Assembly (NCBI GenBank): GCA_049840735.1
Contig: JASGJN010000014.1
Span: forward strand, 64,001-128,000
Length of the DNA: 64,000 nucleotides
DNA from: Anaeromyxobacter sp.
GTDB lineage: Bacteria > Myxococcota > Myxococcia > Myxococcales > Anaeromyxobacteraceae
Reading direction: 5' to 3'
Shown one piece after another: positions 44,462 through 55,298 of this stretch. How positions within the stretch are numbered: position 1 is the first letter of the stretch; each line of letters begins with the position of its first letter. The position numbers were made by a program, and so were the translations under genes. The notes beneath the pieces are model-generated. The model saw only the letters and a program-made list of their open reading frames with translations. It was not told where the DNA came from and made no database searches.

Positions 44462-44668
44462 ATGGGCAAGAAGGGCCACAAGCCGGACGAGCTGGAGAAC
44501 GACCCGCTCTTCCAGGAGATCCAGCGCGAGAAGCAGGCCGCGCGAGACCGCGATCAGCAGGACGTGGCGTCGGGGCGGAGGTCAGTTGAAGAGGTGAACC
44601 GCAGGAACAACCTTTTTTACGGTCTCCGCTTGCGGGTCGACCTCAAGAGCGCCAAGCGACTGTGGTAG
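44462..44668 (+). CDS. small hypothetical protein
   Basis: 68-aa charged ORF with host-like codon usage. Confidence 0.5.
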   Translation: MGKKGHKPDELENDPLFQEIQREKQAARDRDQQDVASGRRSVEEVNRRNNLFYGLRLRVDLKSAKRLW

Positions 44669-44878
44669 CAGGCAGGCTCCCGGGCGTCTCTGACGGCCCA
44701 GGACCGCCCTCGCGCCGGACACGCGCCGCCTCAGAGCCGATCAAGCATGGGTTCAGGAGCACGACCCCGTCGGGCGCGCCCTCACACCCGATTCCTCACA
44801 GGTCCTGCGGAACCGCTGATCGGTCCTCGCCAGACCGCCGCCGCCGACCCCGGCGGCGGCGCGTCAGGCGAGGTGCCG

Positions 44879-45643
44879 CTACGACCACCCACCTTCATCG
44901 AACGCGGGATTCTCCTCCCCGGGGTAGCCACGCGGGTTGCAGAGGATCGTGGTGGCGCCAAGCGTGTAGCGGAACGAGTCGTGCGTGTGGCCGTGAACCC
45001 AGAGCGCCGGCCGCCGGGTCTCGATGAGGCCGGTCTGGTCGCACACGAAGAAGGCGTTCAGCGGGTCGCCCTCGTACCTGTGCGCCACGCTCCGCCGCGA
45101 CGGGAGGTGGTGCGTGACGACGATGTCCCCCTCCCTAACCATCTCGTCGAGCCAGGCCACGTGCTGGCGGTTCTGGTCGTAGACCCACGGCACGAAGCCC
45201 TCGATCTCAGCGAAGTCCGAGAGCCCGCCCGCGAGCCTCGGGTTGTTCGGGCCGTCGCGGAACCAGAGCGTCGCGCCCACGACCCTGTGGTCGCCCCACT
45301 TGGCGATGACGCCGGGCTCCAGGAGCGTGACCTTCGGATGCGCCGCCGCGAGCTTCCGAAGCCGCTCGAGCGCCACAGGCGCGGGAGCTCGGTAGAACTC
45401 GTGGTTCCCCGGGACGAAGAAGACCGCCTCGAACCTCGCCGAGAAGAACTCGACCGCCAGGTCCAACCAGCGGCGGCGACGCCCGGTCGGCACCGCGATG
45501 TCACCGGCTAGGACGCACGCGGTCCCGCTGGTGGCCGCACCCATAGACCGTTCGAGCGCAGTCGTGACCTGCTCACGATGCTGGAAGAACTCGAGGTGCA
45601 GGTCGGAGAAGACCTGCAGCCGTGGCGCCTGCGTTTCGGTCAC
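44879..45643 (-). CDS. calcineurin-like metallophosphoesterase
   Basis: SDLH, LAGD, PGNHE, THH, HGHTH. Confidence 0.9.
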   Translation of the reverse strand: MTETQAPRLQVFSDLHLEFFQHREQVTTALERSMGAATSGTACVLAGDIAVPTGRRRRWLDLAVEFFSARFEAVFFVPGNHEFYRAPAPVALERLRKLAAAHPKVTLLEPGVIAKWGDHRVVGATLWFRDGPNNPRLAGGLSDFAEIEGFVPWVYDQNRQHVAWLDEMVREGDIVVTHHLPSRRSVAHRYEGDPLNAFFVCDQTGLIETRRPALWVHGHTHDSFRYTLGATTILCNPRGYPGEENPAFDEGGWS

Positions 45644-46185
45644 TTGGGTAGAGAACTATGCATCTGGCGCTGGCCTCGCGCTGCTTGGGGTCGCTGGGCT
45701 GCCCCTTCTTTGCCGAGGTTACCAGCCACCGAACCAGCAGCACGGGCGGTGAGCGCGCCAACGAGGCACGCGCACGCCGCCGCGATGATGCACGCACGCT
45801 CGCTGACCCGCCGGGACTGCGCGGAGCGGATTGGCCGCTTCAAGCGCCGTCTTGAGCGCCTCGCTGAGAACATCCTCGAGCTGCCCCCTCAGAATGCTCC
45901 CGGTGGCCTTCATCTGGCCCGCCACCCGCTTGGCGGCTTCGTCGGAGAGACGAGCCACGGCACGTTTCGCAGCTTCGATGTGCTGCTGGGCGGCCCGTTC
46001 CGCCGTCGCCTCGACCTCGGCGACGGCGGCCTGGGACCTTTCCGAAGGTGATCGGCCATCAGCTCCTGATTCAGCGTCACCGTGATGAGGATGGGATCGT
46101 CGGGGTCGACCGAGGACGTTGTGCCGTCTCGCGCGACCTCACCGATGAGGTTCTGCAGGGCCTCGTCGGCGCCCTTCTCGGTCAC
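45640..46185 (-). pseudogene. traM: TraM-like protein (frameshifted)
   Basis: LIGEVAR...DPDDPILITVTLNQ resembles IncP TraM; 4-bp overlaps with both neighbours. Confidence 0.65.
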
Positions 46186-46510
46186 AGCACTTCCGCGAGC
46201 TGGCTGAAGAGCTGGCGCTCCATGATCGCGATGCGCTCCCGGGACATGATGCTGAACTCTGGGCTCACCTTGGCCTCGGCGAACGTGAGCCGCTGATCGA
46301 GCATCTTCTGCAGATCGCGTCCATACGTCTGCGGGTTCTGCGCTGGGATGCGCAGCACGGCCGTGATGCGGTCCTTGTACCGCTCGTAGATCTTCATCTG
46401 CTCGAAGGTCTTGCCTTGCGCCTCGATCTTCCCGAAGTACTCGTTCAGCCACACGTAGATCTGAACCTGCTCGGGCAAGTTCTCGGCGAGCCATTCGAGC
46501 CCGGCGAAGG
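46182..46510 (-). pseudogene. traL: TraL C-terminal fragment
   Basis: Near-identical protein to the C-terminus of 55295-56020; N-terminus missing. Confidence 0.85.
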
Positions 46511-47305
46511 AGGGCGCCCTCGGGGATTGGTACCGCATTCGTAGTGCCCGGCGGCGGGAAGCAGAAGGACGACCCCAAGGCCAAGCAGGCCCGGCGAGCG
46601 GGTCATCGAGTCTATCGAGACATACTGTCGCCACTGAAAGGGCGAGTGGGCTGGCCTGCTCATCGAGTTGGAGGACTGGCAGAAGCGGTGCAGCCAACGA
46701 GGCCTGGCGCGTCGTGCTCTCCCAGGCGGACGCCTACGGCCTCGAGCTCCTGGTGAAGCACATGGCGCTCGAGCGCCGGTTCACGAAGGCGGCGGGGAAG
46801 AGGAGTGGGGATCCCCTTCATCGCGAAACCTGCACGCGCGCGCGCCGCGTCCCATCCCGTCGCTTCCAGAGATCACAGGGCTGCCTGCCGTCGCCAAGCC
46901 CAAGACGACACGAAGTGGCACAGCACCGCGTGCATGAAGCAGTGACAACTCCAAGGGATTCCTGGCCTTAGCGAACTTCCCAACATAGAATGGGCGGGTG
47001 GATCTCCCTGGGAGTGGCATGTGCAGCACGGGCACGGCGGCGTCGAAGGGCGGTACCTTACCTGCGAACAGGGGATGCTACAGGCCGTGATGCTCAAACT
47101 CGGCCACGTGGGGCCCCGAGAGGGCCAGCAGGTGCATTCACACGAGCGACGGCCAAGAGTCCCCCTGCTTGAAGGGCGCCCTCACGAACCCACCGTGTTC
47201 ACAAATCGGAACCAGGACGGCTTAGCGGTGCCGTCGCCAACCCGACATCGTGATGCCTGTCCAGAGCTGCGCAGAACAAAATACCGCTCGCAAAGGTAGG
47301 AACGG

Positions 47306-48445
47306 ATGCAGCCAACTCAAGGAGATCTCGGCTTCCAGCCCACTACTCAGGTCGCCAGCGTGGAGCCAGAGGATAATGCGCCATCGGCGCCAGCTGAGGG
47401 CGGGCCGTGGAATCCAGACGACATCCGGATAACGACCAAGCCCTACTCACTTCGCCATATATGCGACATGATCTCTGATGGAGATCTGGACCTCGCCCCA
47501 GACTTTCAGCGAAGAGACGTCTGGAAGGCCCCCCAGAAGGCCAGACTCATCGAGTCCATCCTTTTGCGCATTCCTTTGCCCTCCTTTTACTTTGACGAAG
47601 ACGTGGAAGGTCGGCTGCATGTCGTCGACGGCGTGCAGCGTCTCACCGCGATTTTCGAGTTTGCGCGGAAATCCATGAAGCTCTCGGACCTTCGCTACCT
47701 CGAGAGTCTCGACCACAAAGCGTACAAGGAACTCGACCCCACACTGCGACGGAGGTTCGACGGGACGCAAATCTTCGTGAACGTCATCGACCCGCAAACC
47801 CCTCCAAAGGTTAAGTTCGATGTCTTTGTTCGTCTGAATACCGGCGGAACGCCGCTCAACGCCCAAGAGATAAGACACTGCATTAGCTCGAATGTGTCTC
47901 GCGAGTTTCTGAAGACGTGCGTGTCCGTGGCGGAGTTTCACGCTGCGACCGGCAACGCGTTCCGGGACAAGGAGACTACCAGGATGGCCGACCGCGAACT
48001 GGCCCTCAGGTTCTTCGCTTTGCGCCAATCAGACTGGGAGGCGGTATACAGAGCGAAGTCCAGCTATGACGAGTTCCTTGTCGAGATGACACAGCGCATA
48101 GACGGCATGAATGCGCAGGACCTGACCCCGTATGTGGAGTCATTTACGCAGGCGATGAAGAATGCCGCTCTCTTGTTCGAGGGCGATGCTTTCCGCAGAT
48201 GGAATAGGGATGGACGCAAAGGTCCGATCAACAAATCCCTGTTTGAGAGCTGGGCGGTTGTGCTCGCCGATGTGAACTGGCCCTCTGTCGCGCAGCGAAA
48301 AGATAAGATTCTCGTAGAGTTCAAGCGACGCATCGCTCACGACGAAGATTACTTAGCATCCGCCACCGTTGCCACTACCGACCTCAAGCGCATTCAGACG
48401 CGCATACGAATCGCCGGCGAAATTCTCGATGGGAGTGCGCCGTGA
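47306..48445 (+). CDS. nsnA: DUF262 (ParB-like) protein, Menshen NsnA-like
   Basis: LAPDFQRRDVW, LIESILLRIPLP, VVDGVQRL, FVRLNTGG.PLNAQE. Confidence 0.85.
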   Translation: MQPTQGDLGFQPTTQVASVEPEDNAPSAPAEGGPWNPDDIRITTKPYSLRHICDMISDGDLDLAPDFQRRDVWKAPQKARLIESILLRIPLPSFYFDEDVEGRLHVVDGVQRLTAIFEFARKSMKLSDLRYLESLDHKAYKELDPTLRRRFDGTQIFVNVIDPQTPPKVKFDVFVRLNTGGTPLNAQEIRHCISSNVSREFLKTCVSVAEFHAATGNAFRDKETTRMADRELALRFFALRQSDWEAVYRAKSSYDEFLVEMTQRIDGMNAQDLTPYVESFTQAMKNAALLFEGDAFRRWNRDGRKGPINKSLFESWAVVLADVNWPSVAQRKDKILVEFKRRIAHDEDYLASATVATTDLKRIQTRIRIAGEILDGSAP

Positions 48446-49545
48446 TTGAGTCGCTATTCATTTCAAGATTCAAGTGTTTCGACGATGTGCGTCTCCTGGT
48501 GAAGGGCTTGACTGTGTTGACTGGCCTTAATGGGGCCGGCAAGTCATCCGCCATTCAGGCGTTGCTACTGTCGCGCTTGGCCGTAGACGGATCCACCCAT
48601 ATCCCGTTAAACGGCCCCTTCGGTCTCGCGTTAGGGGAGGCGGTTGATGTGCTAACCTTTGACGCAGATCCCGCGGAGGGTATCGCCATTGGTCTGTACG
48701 ATTCAGGTGTTGAGTACCGTTGGCGCTTCGGCGTTGGGGACCCTGGGCTTCGCCGGCCTTATCTGACGGTCGAGACCCGTCCCGGCACTCTCCCGCCCAC
48801 TGTCGCGGCAGCGGGCAGGCGTTTCACGTACTTGGCGGCGGAGCGACTGGGTCCCCGTGACGTTGTGGAAGCGAGTTCAGAGGCGTCGAGCGAGCTCGAA
48901 GTGGGTTACGCGGGTCAATTCACCGCGCAGATCCTGAACGTGTGCGCCAAGGACCCAGTTCCGGAGAAGCGCAGGAATCAGCGCAACGCCAGCCGACGCT
49001 TGACTGACTTGCACCATCAGGTGGAATGGTGGATTGGAGAGATTGTCAGGGACGTGGAAATCGAAACCGAGTGGTATAGTGGTACGAACATGGTGGGGCT
49101 GCGGTTTCGTGGCCTCGGTTTCAGGTCCGAATGGACTCGCCCTGCGAACACCGGATTTGGCCTTACATACACCCTCCCTATTGTCGTCGCGGGGCTCTTG
49201 GCTCCCCGAGGAGGGCTTCTCGTAGTCGAGAACCCTGAGGCTCATCTGCATCCTGCGGGTCAGTCCGCAATGGGAGCCTTTCTTGCGCGTGTCGCGGGTG
49301 ATGGCGTTCAAGTGATCTTGGAGACGCACAGCGACCACGTGATAAGCGGGATCAGGCGCGGAATCGCTGAGTTCCGACTTGTCGAGGCACCGGATGTCGT
49401 GGTGCACTTCTTCCGCGGCGGGAAGGACCGCCCGGAGACTCTCGATATCGCGGACTCGGGCCAAATATCCGGGTGGCCGAAGGGGTTCTTCGATCAGATA
49501 GAAATTGACCTGGCTGCCCTCGCTAGGATCGGTCGCCGCCGGTAA
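48442..49545 (+). CDS. nsnB: AAA ATPase with DUF3696, Menshen NsnB-like
   Basis: GLNGAGKSS, GFGLTYTLP, VENPEAHLHP, ETHSDH, WPKGFFDQ. Confidence 0.88.
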   Translation: MIESLFISRFKCFDDVRLLVKGLTVLTGLNGAGKSSAIQALLLSRLAVDGSTHIPLNGPFGLALGEAVDVLTFDADPAEGIAIGLYDSGVEYRWRFGVGDPGLRRPYLTVETRPGTLPPTVAAAGRRFTYLAAERLGPRDVVEASSEASSELEVGYAGQFTAQILNVCAKDPVPEKRRNQRNASRRLTDLHHQVEWWIGEIVRDVEIETEWYSGTNMVGLRFRGLGFRSEWTRPANTGFGLTYTLPIVVAGLLAPRGGLLVVENPEAHLHPAGQSAMGAFLARVAGDGVQVILETHSDHVISGIRRGIAEFRLVEAPDVVVHFFRGGKDRPETLDIADSGQISGWPKGFFDQIEIDLAALARIGRRR

Positions 49546-50474
49546 TGCGTTTCGCAATCGACGAGAGTTCTTGGCAGAAGCCAGTGGCGGAAGCCGATCT
49601 GCTAAGTGCGTTGGTCGACTTCGCGGATCGACTCGAGGTGGCCAGGGAACGGGACGAGCCGGTTGCGAAAGCTGCGACCTTCTTTGAGGGCGAGCTTGTA
49701 ACTGAGGTTCTGTTCGATCCGAACGGGTGGACGCGGGACCAGCGGGACCTCAGGGTGCAGTTGCTCGCCGCGTTAACCCGGATCCCGAATTGGGATGCTG
49801 ACCAGGAGTCGAGCGACCTTGAAGGGCAGGGAGCTGTGGTGAATGGCATGATCGTGTCCCCCGCTCCCTCTATCAGATGGACACACTTCAGGTGCCTCTC
49901 TGGAGTCGCCACGGCATGCTTGCCGCTCAAGTGCGCGGGCCGCCAAGGGCTATGCGACGTCACGGTGGATGGTGTCCCGAACAAGCTATGGTTTGTCACG
50001 GACGACGCGGACCACGTGGCGTTCTTTCGCGACGCCATCGATGTCGAAAGGTGCGATGAGGCTGCACTAGAGCGCATCGCCCCTTCGGCATTCCCGAACC
50101 TTGCATGGGTGGAAGGGGTATGGCAGGGCTTGCGGGATTTTAGCCGACCCTATATTGCCGTGCGCGGGGAGGTGGTCCGCCACTTGAGCGTGCTGTCTGA
50201 TCACGGCCGGGACATCTTCGCTGGACCTCGTACGGAGATCGCATCGAGGTTTGGGTCACTTGGCATAGCAATTTCCCCGGAAAACGGGAAGACGCTTTCC
50301 AACGCTAAATGCATGGTGGCCCGGACTCGGCTGTTTCGTGGAGAGCGGGTGCAGTTCGTGTGGCACACGAAGTTGCTGCCTCACGTGGATCGAATCCATG
50401 TGCATGAAGGGACGTCTGGGTCGGGCGGAAAGATTATTGTGGGCATCATGCGCGACCACCTTCCTCTTCCGTAG
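49545..50474 (+). CDS. nsnC: putative Menshen effector NsnC
   Basis: TAATG coupling to nsnB; C-terminal WHTK....RIH.......IVG...HLP. Confidence 0.65.
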   Translation: MRFAIDESSWQKPVAEADLLSALVDFADRLEVARERDEPVAKAATFFEGELVTEVLFDPNGWTRDQRDLRVQLLAALTRIPNWDADQESSDLEGQGAVVNGMIVSPAPSIRWTHFRCLSGVATACLPLKCAGRQGLCDVTVDGVPNKLWFVTDDADHVAFFRDAIDVERCDEAALERIAPSAFPNLAWVEGVWQGLRDFSRPYIAVRGEVVRHLSVLSDHGRDIFAGPRTEIASRFGSLGIAISPENGKTLSNAKCMVARTRLFRGERVQFVWHTKLLPHVDRIHVHEGTSGSGGKIIVGIMRDHLPLP

Positions 50475-50885
50475 AGGCCGTGGCAGGCGGGGCTCTAGCT
50501 GGGAGTTCTGACCTGCCCCACCAAATCCCGAACGGTTTCGGACCGGATACGAAGGGCCCGCTTTCGCAGAAGTTTCCGCATGAAGTTCATGCTCCACCGC
50601 TGATTCGGTGCCATTGACGCATTCGGGACCACGCGGAGGTGGTTCGCCCGCTTCCGGCGCTTCTTCGTGCGGAGCTCCAGCCCCTCCAGCTTGTACAGAC
50701 ACTACACACGCCTGATGTTTTGCGTGCCAGCCCTCCCGCTGGAGCAGGATGAGGAGCCCGGCGCCTGGGCCAGCGCCTGAGCGTCGACTCCTACCCGCGT
50801 CGGCCGGAGACTACGGTGTTCCCCTCGCCGAGGTTGACACTCCTCGGGTCGATAGACCGGGAGCGGTTCGGGTAGAAGGTTGGTC

Positions 50886-51544
50886 GTGAAGAAGGACGAG
50901 AGAGATCGCGGAGAAGACGGAGGCGGCGAAGGCCGCGGCGGTCCCGGAGAACGTGCGGGGACGGCCGGGCCGGCGCAGTGCCGAGGATCGGCGCAGGGCC
51001 GTGCTGGAGCTGCTGGGCGGCAAGGCCACCGTGGACCAGGTGGCGATGCGGTTCGGGGTCCTGCCGGAGACGGTGGAGAGCTGGCGGGCGGACGCGCTGG
51101 CCGGCATCGACGCTGCGTTGAAGCAGGGCACCGGGAAGTCGGCCAGGGAACTCGAGTTGGAGGCCGAGCTCGAGGTCATGCGGGAGACCGCCCTGAACGC
51201 GACGGTGCAGGTGACGCTGCTGCAGAAGGCGATGGGCATCAAGCCCCGCCCTTCTCGGCCCGCGAGGTCGCGGAAATGAGCAGGGAGACCTCGGCGGGCG
51301 TCGCTACCGTGACCCAGCTCTGCGAGGCGTTCGGGATCTCCCGGGCGGCGTACTACGCCGCGAAGAGGCCCCCGCCAGCGGCCCGGGTGGTGACGCTGCG
51401 GCGGGCGCCGCGGCACACCTCCAGCGAGGGTGGTGCTGGAGGCGATCCGCGAGGTCATCAAGGCCGAGCCGGCCTGGGGCGTCCGGAAGGTCTGGGCGAC
51501 GCTGAAGCGCCAGGGGCTCAAGGTCTCCAAGAAGCGGGTCCACG
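50886..51544 (+). mobile_element. IS3-family remnant (orfA ending 51279, orfB from 51276) interrupted by IS66
   Basis: orfA HTH (RRAVLELL..TVDQVAMRFGV..ETVESWR); orfB LCEAFGISRAAYY..WGVRKVWATL. Confidence 0.75.
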
Positions 51545-51620
51545 GTAACCACCCGGGGAACGCCGTCTGGCGAGGGTGATCCGGCCGGTCGATGCTCCTC
51601 CGCTCACGACGGAGGACGAC

Positions 51621-52004
51621 ATGACCGAGCAGGAGCGGACGCGGTGGACGAGGCTGGTCGCAGACTTCGAGGCAAGCGATTCCACGCAGCGGGAGTTCGC
51701 CAAGGAGCGCGGGGTCTCGTTCAGCAACCTGCGCAACTGGCTGTACAAGCTTCGCAAGGAGTCCCGGCCGCTGCAGCCGGAGCCGCCCAAGGTGTCTGGT
51801 CAAGCCCCTGAGCGGGCGGCGGCGCCGGAGGGCTCGCGTCTGGTGCCGGTCCTCGTGGTAGCGTCCGCGGCGAAGCCGCGGACCTCGGTGGTGGCGGTGA
51901 GCCGGGGCGAGATGGTCGAGATCGCGCTCCCCTCCGGCGTCCGGGTCCGCTTCCCCGTCGGCACCGATCCCCGGTACGTGCGCTCACTGGCGGCGGCGCT
52001 GTAG
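51621..52004 (+). CDS. tnpA: IS66 accessory protein TnpA
   Basis: W..LV..FEAS..TQREFA..RGVS...LRNW; VEIALPSGVRVR. Confidence 0.85.
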   Translation: MTEQERTRWTRLVADFEASDSTQREFAKERGVSFSNLRNWLYKLRKESRPLQPEPPKVSGQAPERAAAPEGSRLVPVLVVASAAKPRTSVVAVSRGEMVEIALPSGVRVRFPVGTDPRYVRSLAAAL

Positions 52005-52006
52005 CC

Positions 52007-52335
52007 GTGATCGGGATCCCGCAGTCGGTCCGCATCCTGATCGCCACCACGCCCATCGACATGCGGAAGTCCATCGACGGCCTCACCGCCATCGTGCAGC
52101 AGGAGATGAAGGAGGACGCCTACTCGGGCCACCTCTTCATCTTCGTGTCGAGGCGGCGCGATCGGGCGAAGATCCTCGCGTGGGACAAGGGCGGCTTCGT
52201 CCTGGTCTACAAGCGGCTCGAGCGCGGCCAGTTCAAGCTGCCGCACATGGACCCCTCCACGATGGCCGTCGAGATCGACGCCACGCAGCTCGCGATGCTG
52301 CTCGACGGGATCGACTTCGGCCGCGTCGGGCGGCG
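52007..52335 (+). CDS. tnpB: IS66 accessory protein TnpB (3' end disrupted)
   Basis: PIDMRKSIDGL, LFIFVSRRRDRAKILAWD, YKRLERGQF. Confidence 0.9.
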
Positions 52336-52493
52336 ATGTCGTGGAACCCGAACTCGCGCGCTCGATCTGCAAGCTCGTACTGGCGCCGCTGGCTCTCGAG
52401 ATTCTCCTCGACCTGGATCAGTGTCGATTGGCGAACGTAGACGATCGCCCGTCGCTCCAGGACGCTGCTGGGGAGGTCACCGCGGCTCATCAT
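52333..52493 (-). pseudogene. N-terminal fragment of a large serine recombinase
   Basis: RRAIVYVRQST..QV..NLESQRRQY.L. Confidence 0.8.
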
Positions 52494-52691
52494 CGCGCTC
52501 CTCCCTTGCCCCGACGCTCTCCGCGGCCGCGAGCAGGATTTCGGCCAGCGCGCGCAGGACCTCGTTCCGCACGTTCGGCTCGACTACGGAAAGGGCGAGC
52601 TCGTCGCGGGGCAACAGCTCGCACTGGGACGGTGCTGGCGGCAGCGCCTTCATCGGAACGCTCCTGCTCCCCGGCGGGGGATGCGCCCCGA

Positions 52692-52930
52692 TCAAAGCCC
52701 AACGCAGCCAGCACGGACAGAAGTTCGACCAGCGCTGAGAACGGCACGCGCGGCGGCCCGACCGTCATCTCCGCCCAAGCACCCGCGTCGAGCATCCACG
52801 CCGGCAGCACGGTGCGCGTCCCGTCCCGCGCCTCGAAGATGACAACGTCCTCTCCTCGACGATGCTCGCGATACGCGACGCGAACCTCGCTGCCGAACTG
52901 CGGGTGCCATCGGTAGTGCACCACCGCGCG
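52692..52930 (-). CDS. DUF5372-like protein of the serine-recombinase element
   Basis: VHYRWHPQFG....DGTRTVLPAWMLD. Confidence 0.6.
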
Positions 52931-52959
52931 TTCGCCGACATGGGCAGAATGAACGGGGA

Positions 52960-53181
52960 CTCGCCCTCGGCCGGAAGAACTTCCTGTTCGTGGAAAGCGA
53001 CGAGGCTGGCGAGAACCTCGCAGGCCTCTACTCGCTCATCGCGACCTGCGAGGTGAACGGCATCAACCCGGTCACCTACCTCGCCGACGTCTTGCTCCGC
53101 GTCCAGACGCAGCCCGCGTCCCAGATTGACAAACTGCTGCCGCACAACTGGGCGCCGACGAGACTGGCTGACACGTCTTAG
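52960..53181 (+). pseudogene. tnpC: IS66 transposase TnpC C-terminal remnant
   Basis: LALGRKNFLF...YSLIATC.VNGINP..YL.DVL...LLPHNW. Confidence 0.88.
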
Positions 53182-53184
53182 GCA

Positions 53185-53699
53185 CTATACGCCCCGCGAC
53201 TTGTTGAGCCATTCGCGAGTCTTCCAGAAGACTGGACACGCGCCCACTGGCTCCAGGGAAAGCCGGGGATCATCCGACTGGACAAGCAGGATGAGCCTTC
53301 GCCCGTGAAGAAGGTGGCGCCGGCTCGCTGTCGCAAAGACGTCGAGCAGACCCGATGCGAACGGGCCCAAGCGCGCCACAGCTCTATCGTATTCCTCCAA
53401 AACGACCGCGCGCCCTGAGCCGTCGGCCACTGGTACGTCATCGAGACAGTCGGCAGGAGCGGCGAGGTTGCCTCCGAAGTACTCTGGAAACTCTAGTAGC
53501 CGGGCAATGGCCGCAACCGCGCCGTCCGGCGTGTTCCACTCGCACGCGCCGCAGAGATCGACCCTGTAAGCGTTCTCCCGTAGCCACTTGATGTCGGCCT
53601 CAAGGATGCGGTGGTCGAAGTACATCACGACCGGCCCATTCTGAAGTCCCTGAAATCGAGGCGCTCGTACTCGCCGGGCTCGTCCCGAAAGGCAGACAT
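53185..53699 (-). CDS. barstar-family protein (frameshift at ~53650)
   Basis: LEFPEYFGGNLAA.ADCLDD. Confidence 0.75.
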
Positions 53700-53990
53700 G
53701 GTGAGGAAAGGGTACCGTCGCGCCCCGCACGAGAGCAACACGCACGAGAGCAACAGACTCGGTCAAGACGTCTCTCCTCGGCCGGTTACGAAGCGGCCGA
53801 GGGGCTCGTCGGCCTCGCAAGGGAGCTCGGCTGGAGCCCACCCCCAGATTGGCAGAAGAGAAAGCCCACCTTCCGGGCAGGGACTTGGGAGCACCAGACC
53901 GATTCGCTCGTGCAGCTGATCGAGTCGCTCTGATTCGCGCCCCACATCCGACGCCGGGGCAAGCGGAACGCACGCATGGTGCGGCCGCCC

Positions 53991-54756
53991 CTAAGGCCAC
54001 CATCCCTCGTCGAACGCAGCGTTCTCCGAGCCGGGGTAGCCACGCGGGTTGCAGAGGATCGTGGTCGCGCCGAGTGTGTAACGGAACGAGTCGTGCGTGT
54101 GGCCGTGACCCCAGAGCGCTGGCCGCCGCGCCTCGATGAGGCTGGTCTGGTCGCAGACGAAGAAGGCGTTCAGCGGGTCGCCCTCGTACCTGGGCGCCAC
54201 GCTTCGCCGCGAGGGGAGGTGGTGCGTGACGACGATGTCCCCCTCCCGAACCACCTCTTCGAGCCAGGCCAGGTGCTGGCGATTCTGGTCGTAGACCCAC
54301 GGCACGAAGCCGCCGATCGCCGCGAAGTCCGAGAGCATGCCCGCCAGCCTCGGGTTGTTCGGGCCGTCGCGGAACCAGAGCGTCGCGCCCACGACTCTGT
54401 GGTCGCCCCACTTGGCGATGACCCCGGGCTCCAGGAGGGTGACCTTCGGATGCGCCGACGCGAGCTTTCGAAGACGGTCGAGCGCCAGAGGCGCTGGAGC
54501 TCGGTAGAACTCGTGGTTCTCCGGGACGAAGAAGACAGTCGCGAACCTCGCCGAGAAGAACTCGAGCGCGAGATTCATCCAGCGGCGGCGACGCCCGGTC
54601 GGCACCGCGATATTACCGGCGAGGACGCACGCGGTCCCGCTGTCATCCGCACCGGATCGACCGCTCGAGAGTAGTCGTGACCTGCTCTCGATGCTGGAAG
54701 AACTCGAGGTGCAGGTCGGAGAAGACCTGCAACCGTGGCGCCTGCGCTCCGCTCAT
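53991..54756 (-). pseudogene. calcineurin-like metallophosphoesterase, copy 2 (frameshifted; GNHE changed to ENHE)
   Basis: Paralogue of 44879-45643. Confidence 0.8.
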
Positions 54757-55298
54757 TCAAGTAGAGAAGTATGCATCTGGCACTGACCTCGCGCTGCTTG
54801 GCGTCGCTGGGCTCCCCAACTTCTTGCCAACTTCACCGCTCCCGAACCAGCAGCACGGCGGCGAGCGCGCCAACGAGGCACGCGCACGCCGCCGCGATGA
54901 TACACGCACGGCTCGCTGACCTTCCGGGACTGCACGGAGCGATTTGCCGCTTCGAGCGCCGTCTTGAGCGCGTGGCTGAGAACGTCCTCGAGCTGCCCCC
55001 TCAGAATGCTCCCGGTGGCCTTCATCTGGCCCGCCACCCGCTTGGCGGCTTCGTCAGAGAAGACGAGCCACGGCACGTTTCGCAGCTTCGATGTGCTGCT
55101 GGGCGGCCCGTTCCGCCGTCGCCTCGACCACGGCGACGGCGGCCTGGACCTTCCGAAAAGGTGTTCGGCCATTCAGCGCCTGATTTCAGCGTCACCGTGA
55201 TGAGGATGGGATCCGTTGGGGTCGACGAGGATATTGTGCCGCCGCGCGACCTCGCCGATGAGGGCTTGGACGGCCTCGTCGCGCCCCTTCTCGTTCAC
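54753..55298 (-). CDS. traM: TraM-like protein (frameshifted)
   Basis: ALIGEVARRHNILVDP; overlaps the traL stop and the phosphoesterase start. Confidence 0.7.

Larger units (their letters stand above)
44884..46510 (-). repeat. diverged direct repeat of 53997-55623 (traL'-traM-metallophosphoesterase)
   Basis: Colinear similar DNA at an offset of ~9.11 kb. Confidence 0.9.
51545..53181 (+). mobile_element. IS66-family remnant (tnpA, tnpB, tnpC 3' end) with inserted recombinase-element fragment
   Basis: GTAACC left end; gene motifs listed separately; right end not identified. Confidence 0.8.

Noticed and set aside
46511..47300. genes between traL' and nsnA
   Set aside because: Only short ORFs without recognisable motifs; possibly remnants
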